From: Flavipsychrobacter sp.
GTDB taxonomy: Bacteria; Bacteroidota; Bacteroidia; Chitinophagales; Chitinophagaceae
DNA length: 64,000 nt
Assembly (NCBI GenBank): GCA_044220845.1
Contig: JBGAQG010000001.1
Span: 74,603 to 138,602 of the forward strand
Direction: 5' to 3'
Position 1 is the stretch's first letter; each line of letters begins with the position of its first letter. The notes beneath the pieces are model-generated. The model was not told the DNA's origin and did no database searches. It worked only from the letters and a program-made list of their open reading frames with translations. The position numbers and the translations under genes were made by a program. Of the stretch, positions 49,650 through 56,100 are shown piece after piece.

Positions 49650-50600
49650 CTATTCTTCAGTCATCCATTTATATTTTTCTAAACAAAAATAATTTATTGG
49701 ATACGGACGTGGCTTGTAATTATCCGGCAACTTTCCACCCCACGTATCAGCCTCGTCCTTCAGCCTCACACAGTTATACTCAAATCTAATACTGTCTACT
49801 TTACCCACATCTTTGATATATAGGTAACGCTCTCCGGACCCAAACAAGCCAGCTGTGTTTTTCTTTTCATTTATGTACATCTGTCTGTCCTTAAGCATCA
49901 AAATGTCGAATTTATTATAGTCACAGTATTTATTGAATTCTTCTAACTTTTGAAGTACATAAGTAGCGTTTTCATTTTTGTAAGCTGTAACGTGTAGTAT
50001 CATTATGTTAATGGCGGCAGGGAAAAAACCAAGTTTATGAAATGTAGGAAATCCATAATTCTCAAACACATTTTTTAAAAACCTGAAGGTACTATCATCT
50101 ATTGTTTTGTATGCAGAGCTTAGTACATGGATAATACATTCGCGCATAGATGCGTCATCAATCGGAAATAAATCTTCATTACGTATTGCTTGATCAATGG
50201 CATGTTGGCTGACAAACATATTGTATAAATCAAAATTAATTTTTTTTCTCTGTTCAAGAATGATTTTATTAATTTTATTGGTATCCATTCTTCTATATAT
50301 CTCGTTTTCAGTACGTTTTATGCTTTCTACCTCATGTCCTGATTCTATTGCCTTTTCATACCACACTATAGATGAATCATATTGTTTCATTTTTTTGAAA
50401 CGTTGAGCTAATATCCAATAATAGTCTGCTGCTTTTTCGGGTTCCAGAAAGGATACAGCATCTTTTAGCGTTGTTATACCTCGGTTAGAGTTGGTGTCAT
50501 TAATAGATAGCTGATATAAACGTTCAAAACAATCGCATTTCGACTGGCAATATCCATTAATTGAAATGATACATAAAAAGGCAGCGATTATTGTTTTCAT
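49650..50600 (-). CDS. AT-rich hypothetical secreted protein
   Basis: 316 aa with signal-like MKTIIAAFLCIISINGYCQ. No recognisable catalytic motif. Confidence 0.55.
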   Translation of the reverse strand: MKTIIAAFLCIISINGYCQSKCDCFERLYQLSINDTNSNRGITTLKDAVSFLEPEKAADYYWILAQRFKKMKQYDSSIVWYEKAIESGHEVESIKRTENEIYRRMDTNKINKIILEQRKKINFDLYNMFVSQHAIDQAIRNEDLFPIDDASMRECIIHVLSSAYKTIDDSTFRFLKNVFENYGFPTFHKLGFFPAAINIMILHVTAYKNENATYVLQKLEEFNKYCDYNKFDILMLKDRQMYINEKKNTAGLFGSGERYLYIKDVGKVDSIRFEYNCVRLKDEADTWGGKLPDNYKPRPYPINYFCLEKYKWMTEE

Positions 50601-50611
50601 GACATCTTCTT

Positions 50612-50887
50612 TTATTTTTCATTCGGTAACAACAGAAGAGCAATTCCTTTATAATTATCAAGTAACCAAAACTGCAGAAAAATATCTTTTCTATAATTTA
50701 TAAAGCCACATGCCGGGTCAAGGACATAGAAAATATCACATTCAATTTTATATAAAATTACATAATGGCAACGAAAATGCAAAATACAAGGTAAAGGCAC
50801 CGAGCACAGTTTATTCAGATCAATCAATACAGAAATAGTAGCATAACCACACCGCGGGATCTGTCCCGAAATAACCGGGACTGGCAA
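50612..50887 (-). pseudogene. C39-like cysteine peptidase remnant (C-terminal half only)
   Basis: LPCILHFRCHYVILYKIECDIFYVLDPACGFINYRKDIFLQFW...GIALLLLP fits the His/Asp half of bacteriocin-processing C39 domains. The N-terminal Cys half is absent, and the first ~15 codons are read out of repeat R3a. Confidence 0.5.
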
Positions 50888-51121
50888 TTACAAACGATGA
50901 CAAAAAGGGGACCTGCGGAATTCACCCCAGCGGGAAGAACCGGAACAACGTGCCTCGCGTGGAATTGTCTGAACTAGGATTGATAAGATGCAGGGATAAT
51001 AGGATGTGGATTGTGTGAAACTGCCTGCGGGTTGTCCGAATCTGCCTGCGGCCGGCAGGCGCCATACCGCGGGATCTGTCCCGAAATAACCGGGACTGGC
51101 AGTTACAAACGAGGACCAGAG
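50847..51121. repeat. Composite repeat block R3 (modules shared with R1/R2 and with 44590-44730)
   Basis: 50847-50901 is a tail module carrying an extra hairpin, GTCCCG-AAATAAC-CGGGAC. 50921-50953 is a hairpin-1-like module (TTCACCCCAGCGGGAAGAACCGGAACAACGTGC). 50961-51025 resembles 44671-44730 (GGATTGTCCGAACTAAGATTGATAAGAT...). 51061-51121 is a second tail module, ending with the 20-mer at 51102-51121. Confidence 0.8.
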
Positions 51122-51123
51122 GG

Positions 51124-51654
51124 TCATCTTTTTAAGTATCGCTCTTCAAAACGACTTACTTCAGTTTGATAATCTACTAAAGGCATTACTCTTGCCTTTT
51201 CTATCAACTCCGGTTGGAGTTTCCCAATCGCCTTGCATTCTTCTTTAGTGAGCTTCTTTTTGACTCCGCGGATCATCTCATCGTAAGTATACCAATTAAC
51301 TGTAGCTACCCATTTTTTGTATTCTTGATTATTAGGTTTTCTAAAGATAATGTGTAGAGAACTCCCTTCCAAAGATCCAGAAAACCATCCCGATCCACAT
51401 TTAAGTATACTCGTCTTTCTTCCTATATAAAGATTTTCGTCTACTCGTTTTAGGGTATCAATTTTTCCGTAATCATGATATCCGAGGCGGTCTTTACCAA
51501 CCATTTCTTCGAAATAGGCTATTGAATCTTGGAATACAAGATAATATCGTTGTGAGTTTTCTGCAGCCCACAATGAATGCATTGCAGAATACCGTTGACC
51601 CAGCACACGACTTTGCGCGACAACCACAAGTAACACCACTAAGAAAAGCCTCAT
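51124..51654 (-). CDS. AT-rich hypothetical secreted protein
   Basis: 176 aa with signal-like MRLFLVVLLVVVAQSRVLGQ. Its stop codon lies 2 nt from the end of the R3 20-mer. Confidence 0.55.
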   Translation of the reverse strand: MRLFLVVLLVVVAQSRVLGQRYSAMHSLWAAENSQRYYLVFQDSIAYFEEMVGKDRLGYHDYGKIDTLKRVDENLYIGRKTSILKCGSGWFSGSLEGSSLHIIFRKPNNQEYKKWVATVNWYTYDEMIRGVKKKLTKEECKAIGKLQPELIEKARVMPLVDYQTEVSRFEERYLKR

Positions 51655-51829
51655 ATAAAGAACATTTTTGGTGATAAGTCAGATAGTAAATGTACGAAAA
51701 CCGAGGGATTTAAATTAGGCAATTCAATTTGTAGCGGTCGTTTACATCGCCCTTCGACGGGGCTCACGGTGACATAAATTTATTTAGGGTGACATTATTA
51801 TAATTAACGGTTATGGTTCGGCGGTGCAC

Positions 51830-51859
51830 AAAAAAAAGCTGCAATTTTCGTTGCAGCTT
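51830..51859 (-). terminator. Intrinsic terminator of the 51885-53342 gene
   Basis: The AAGCTGCAA / TTGCAGCTT stem is followed on the minus strand by a run of eight T. Confidence 0.75.
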
Positions 51860-51884
51860 TTGGGGTAAATGGATCGTATTTATT

Positions 51885-53342
51885 CTATTTGAGGGTAAGA
51901 TGGGCAAAACTATTGGCCTGCTCACCTTGCCTGATAGAATTGTAGGTAGGGATGATGTAGCGCGCGCTGTAATCGTTGTCTGAAATGAACTTCAGTACAT
52001 ACTCAACCGCGAAGGCAGGATCATTCTTTTTACCTACTATCAGGTATTCGAGATAGAACAGACAGATACCGGAATCGAATGATCCGCCATTGTCTTTACC
52101 TATCCACTTCTCGGCAAACGCCACTATGTCTTCTTTGTTGTCGGTGATCTTTTCTGTAAGCTGCTTCAGGGTGAATACCTTGAGGAAGCGCAGACGGTCC
52201 ACATCACCCTCAATGTCTATTTCTTCATTGATCTTGGCACCTGCGCGCTCAGCGATCATAGCATCCACCTCTTTCACCAGCGGACTTGTACGCACGAATT
52301 CCTTCAGCGATGCTTCGGTCATCTGGGCGTTCTCGTCCATGTTCAGTGCCGCTTCAGCTTTTTCAGGCTTTGCAGCTGGTGTGGCAGGCACTACCGGCGC
52401 TTCAACAGCACGGTCCATAAGGCCGTTCACATTCATGTTGAATGTCTCGATGTTGTCGATATTCAGCGCCACTGCCTCGGGAGCGGCTACTTCAGGTTTT
52501 GCCGCAGGTACTTCGGCTGCCGGCGTTTCCACCTCAGGAGAGAACAGATCGAGGTATTTATCTTCAACACCGTTCTTGTTTTCAATATTATTAACGTCCA
52601 TGGCCAGGGCATTGAAGCTATCAACGCTCATGTCCATAGAAGTAAGGTTATTTTTTCCGGGCTCTGCAGGTGCAGGAACCGCCTCGATAACCGGAGCCTG
52701 AGCTACGGGTTCGGGTTGTGGTGCCGGCTGAGGAGCAGGTGGGGTGTATGGCTGCGCGGGCGCGGTGTGCATGTCGCGTGCCACAGTAGGTATTGGCGGC
52801 ACTACGGCAGGCTGCTGCTGCTGCGGTATTTTATTGGCGGCGTTATCGCGGATCTTGATGAACTCGATATCGGCCATTTCAAGGAACGCACCAACACGGT
52901 AGAAATCGCAACGAATGTTCTCTGGAAGCGTGGGGTTACCATTGCTCAGGCCCTTTTGCATAGCGGTGTACACATCCTGAAGGATAGATGACACGCGGAT
53001 CTCGAATTTGTGGGGGTTGAGTATCTTATATTCCGGCAGATCGAGCCTGTTGGGCTTCAGACCAGCCTGGAAAGTTTGGCCGGCAGAGGTAAAAGAATCG
53101 GGTGTGCGCTCGTCCTGAATAACACGAAGATCGAATTCGTTGTTGAGCAGTTGCGTTACTTTACCAATGGTGTCTTCAAAAAAGCCAACAACCCGCACAA
53201 CGGGGATGTTCACTTTTTCTCCGTAGGCGTTCAGCTGGGTCTCTAACTTGGAGTCAATGAGGTAGCATGGTACACTGTGGTACGAAACCAACTGTTTTAC
53301 CAACTCCTCCATTTTCCCAAGAAATGCAGTGTTCCTAGTCAT
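51885..53342 (-). CDS. Hypothetical protein: divergent RelA/SpoT-like (nucleotidyltransferase-fold) N-terminal domain, Pro/Ala-rich linker, conserved C-terminal domain
   Basis: 485 aa. VVRVVGFFEDTIGKV and KFEIRVSSILQDVYTAMQKG loosely parallel the GIRI and EIQIRT blocks of RelA_SpoT domains. Residues ~180-330 are P/A/Q-rich and low in complexity. Confidence 0.6.
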   Translation of the reverse strand: MTRNTAFLGKMEELVKQLVSYHSVPCYLIDSKLETQLNAYGEKVNIPVVRVVGFFEDTIGKVTQLLNNEFDLRVIQDERTPDSFTSAGQTFQAGLKPNRLDLPEYKILNPHKFEIRVSSILQDVYTAMQKGLSNGNPTLPENIRCDFYRVGAFLEMADIEFIKIRDNAANKIPQQQQPAVVPPIPTVARDMHTAPAQPYTPPAPQPAPQPEPVAQAPVIEAVPAPAEPGKNNLTSMDMSVDSFNALAMDVNNIENKNGVEDKYLDLFSPEVETPAAEVPAAKPEVAAPEAVALNIDNIETFNMNVNGLMDRAVEAPVVPATPAAKPEKAEAALNMDENAQMTEASLKEFVRTSPLVKEVDAMIAERAGAKINEEIDIEGDVDRLRFLKVFTLKQLTEKITDNKEDIVAFAEKWIGKDNGGSFDSGICLFYLEYLIVGKKNDPAFAVEYVLKFISDNDYSARYIIPTYNSIRQGEQANSFAHLTLK

Positions 53343-53561
53343 AGTAATTTAGTTTTTTAGCGTAGGGAGTCATTGCATAAGTGCAACAACTGTGCCACAA
53401 TATTACGCACAATCACAGGTCCGGAACATATAGTAAAAGGGGTTTAACTTTGGTTTAGGTGATGGTTAACAAATAGATAACAGGTCATTTGCTAACGGTT
53501 AAGGGCGCAAACACGAAACCCACACACATGCGGGTATAAAAAACATTAAACGTGTTAATTA

Positions 53562-54257
53562 TCAACCCTTTATGCCGTTCGGATACCAAATATCCTTCCA
53601 TTGCTGAGGGGTAAGAGCGGCTTCGGCAGTGAAGTTGCCAATTTTGGTGCGACGGAGGGCTGTAAGGTGGCCTCCGCACCCTAATGCGGCACCAAAATCG
53701 TTGGCGAGCGAGCGTATGTAGGTGCCTGTACTGCACATAACGCGGAAATGGACTTCCGGATTTCGGAATTCGGTGATCTCGAACTCCCCGATAGTCACCG
53801 GACGGGCCTCCAAAACCACCTCTTTACCGGCACGGGCAAGGTCGTAAGAACGCTTACCGTCTTTTTTAATAGCAGAATGGATAGGTGGCACCTGCATGAT
53901 GTCGCCGGTGAATTGTTTTGCTGTTTCCAGCAGTTGCTCCATAGTAACGTGGTCGCACGGCTTGTGGCTATGCGGCTGGCTCTCGAGGTCGTATGTATCG
54001 GTAACGGCACCGAGGTGAATGATGCCGGTATATTCTTTAGGGAGCTGCTGGTAGCCGGAGATAGAGGTGGTCATTTCGCCGGTGCAGCAGATGAGCAAAC
54101 CTGTGGCCAGGGGATCGAGAGTGCCGCAGTGACCTATCTTGGCCTTTGTGGCTACCTTAATGGCGTTTACCGCATCGAAAGAGGTCCATTTATAGGGCTT
54201 ATCTATGAGTATGACGCCACCTTTTCTGAGCTCGGCTATTGTAGGTCTGTTCTGCAT
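53562..54257 (-). CDS. truB: tRNA pseudouridine(55) synthase TruB
   Basis: ILIDKPYKWTSFDAVN and GHCGTLDPLATGLL. The track ORF extends to 54398 through a low-complexity repeat. The ATG at 54255-54257 (MQNRPTIAEL) is the plausible start. Confidence 0.9.
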   Translation of the reverse strand: MQNRPTIAELRKGGVILIDKPYKWTSFDAVNAIKVATKAKIGHCGTLDPLATGLLICCTGEMTTSISGYQQLPKEYTGIIHLGAVTDTYDLESQPHSHKPCDHVTMEQLLETAKQFTGDIMQVPPIHSAIKKDGKRSYDLARAGKEVVLEARPVTIGEFEITEFRNPEVHFRVMCSTGTYIRSLANDFGAALGCGGHLTALRRTKIGNFTAEAALTPQQWKDIWYPNGIKG

Positions 54258-54285
54258 TGCGGCGCAAAGGTAGGAAATTGAGAGC

Positions 54286-54530
54286 GCCCGCCTACGCTGA
54301 AAAAAGCTTCGGCGGGTGAAAGAGCGGGAGCGGAGAGCGAGGGGAAGAGAGACGGCAGGGGCAGATGGCAGGGTATGTGAGTGTGGGTGTGAGAGCAAGT
54401 ACGCCCGCCTTCGCTGAAAAAGCTTCGGCGGGTGAAAGGAGAGAGCGAGAGCGGAGAGCAGAGAGCGAGAGGAACAGAGACGGCAGGGGCAGAAGGCAGA
54501 TGCCGGGTGAGGGTGCTCGCGTGAGCTCTG
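54286..54530. repeat. Imperfect ~116-bp tandem duplication, purine-rich on the plus strand, in the folB-truB intergenic region
   Basis: Unit 1 starts at 54286 (CGCCCGCCTACGCTGAAAAAAGCTTCGGCGGGTGAAAGAGCGGGAGCGGAGAGCGAGG...GACGGCAGGGGCAGATGGCAG). Unit 2 starts at 54402 with the same order of blocks. Confidence 0.75.
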
Positions 54531-54537
54531 AGACCTT

Positions 54538-54870
54538 CTACTTTTCGTAGCATACCTGGGAATGAGCCACGCGACCGGGTAAGGGAGGGGTGCGCTTGCG
54601 CACTGCTACGCGCACGGTGACGGCAACAGGAAACTGCTGCTTTATGCGGCTGTGTATGTCGAACACGACGGTCTCTAACAATTCGTGGGGGCCGGCAAAT
54701 ACGTCGGAGACAATGGTGTGCACCTCGGCATAGTCGACAAACGGCCAGGGCTGCTCATCGGGCAGGGAGATGTCGACATCGGTCTCGAATGTGTTGCCGG
54801 TGATCTTTTCTTCGGGATATAACCCTATGGGTGCTTTGATAACAATGCCGTGAAGCGATACTGATAACAT
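54538..54870 (-). CDS. folB: Dihydroneopterin aldolase
   Basis: 110 aa. The N-terminus LHGIVIKAPIGLYPEEKITGNTFETDVDI is typical of FolB. Confidence 0.85.
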   Translation of the reverse strand: MLSVSLHGIVIKAPIGLYPEEKITGNTFETDVDISLPDEQPWPFVDYAEVHTIVSDVFAGPHELLETVVFDIHSRIKQQFPVAVTVRVAVRKRTPPLPGRVAHSQVCYEK

Positions 54871-54918
54871 AGAATGGTTTTACCCTGCTAATTAGAAGTA
54901 GTATACATGAGGACATTG

Positions 54919-55944
54919 CTAACGTGCACGCCAAGTGAACAGCCCACGCTCGGTGAACTGATAAGGACTGATGCTGCCGCCAAAGGTCTGCAATGTCTTG
55001 CGCACCTGGTGGCGGGTATTGCCGGGGCAATAGAACATCATGAAACCTCCGCCACCTGCACCTGATATCTTACCTCCGGTGGCACCGGCATGCAGGGCAG
55101 CCTCGTAAATAGCATCCATAGCATCGTTGGATATGCCCTTGGCCATCTGTTTCTTATAACGGAAACCATAGTCGAGGATATGGCCAATGTCGTGGATGTT
55201 ACCCTTCAGCATGGCCTCCTTCATCATTTGTGCCTGCTCTTTCAGCTGGTGCATGGCATCTATAGACTGTTGGTTCTTGTCTGTCACGTTCTTACTCTGC
55301 GCCTCTATGATGGTAGAGGACAGGCGGCTGGTTGCTGTGAAGTACAGCAACAGGTTATTTTCAAGTTCGTTGAGATACTCGGGTTTTATGCGCAGCGGAT
55401 TGACAATGACCTTGTTGCCATCATAGAACTCCATGAAGTTAACACCGCCGAAAGTAGCGGCATACTGATCTTGCTTGCCGCCGGCCATTGCCAGCTCCAC
55501 CCGCTCAATATCGTAAGCCATCTGGGCTATATCATACTCTCCCAACGGCAGGTTCAGCCATTCAGCAAAGGCACCTATAATGGCAACCACCAGTGTAGAT
55601 GAGCTGCCGAGCCCCGAACCAGCAGGTGCATCGACTGAAGTAGTGATGCGGAAACCGGAAGGAACAGGCCCATATTTGGCAACAAGGTGATTGTAGACCC
55701 CGGTGGCCAGGTCGAGGCTGCCGTCGATAGGCAGTTCGTCGGCCAGCTCATAAGCTACACTCTCGTTCCTGTCGAGCGCTTCGATAATGACCTGCGGCAC
55801 TACCAGCGGCTCGATGGTAGCTGACGCGTACAACGAGATAGTAGCATTAAGAATGGCACCTCCGTAGAGATCGCAATATGGGCTGACATCTGTGCCACCT
55901 CCTGCCAGACCGATGCGCAGGGGGGCTTTACTCCTGAAGATCAT
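54919..55944 (-). CDS. GHMP-family sugar kinase (heptose-7-phosphate/fucose kinase-like)
   Basis: 341 aa. APLRIGLAGGGTDV and PAGSGLGSSSTL (GHMP motif II). Confidence 0.85.
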   Translation of the reverse strand: MIFRSKAPLRIGLAGGGTDVSPYCDLYGGAILNATISLYASATIEPLVVPQVIIEALDRNESVAYELADELPIDGSLDLATGVYNHLVAKYGPVPSGFRITTSVDAPAGSGLGSSSTLVVAIIGAFAEWLNLPLGEYDIAQMAYDIERVELAMAGGKQDQYAATFGGVNFMEFYDGNKVIVNPLRIKPEYLNELENNLLLYFTATSRLSSTIIEAQSKNVTDKNQQSIDAMHQLKEQAQMMKEAMLKGNIHDIGHILDYGFRYKKQMAKGISNDAMDAIYEAALHAGATGGKISGAGGGGFMMFYCPGNTRHQVRKTLQTFGGSISPYQFTERGLFTWRAR

Positions 55945-56035
55945 AATACAAACGCTAAGTTATAGAATATTGAGGTGCGAAGGTGCTTTGATGGTCCTGC
56001 GCACTTTGGCGGTTGGGTAAGGTGCTGATGAAACC

Positions 56036-56078
56036 ACAAAAAAACACCCGACCTATGCCGTAACGGAAGAGATCGGGT
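56036..56078 (-). terminator. Intrinsic terminator downstream of the M16 peptidase gene
   Basis: On the minus strand, CACCCGA pairs with TCGGGTG and is followed by TTTTTTTG. Confidence 0.55.
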
Positions 56079-56100
56079 GGTTATTGTTGTAATAGATTTC

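Noticed and set aside
48491-51121. Integron attC sites / CALIN interpretation of the R repeats
   Set aside because: There is no intI or attI in the window. The conserved ends (GTTACAA, GGAACAAC) do not fit the GTTRRRY / RYYYAAC core sites. The element has three separate hairpins rather than one long imperfect attC stem. I kept only the loose analogy in the findings.
54236-54553. 105-aa minus-strand ORF, and the N-terminal 47 codons of the track truB ORF (to 54398)
   Set aside because: Both are read out of the tandem purine/pyrimidine-rich repeat and are low-complexity Pro/Ser/Leu strings. Conserved TruB sequence starts at the ATG at 54257.
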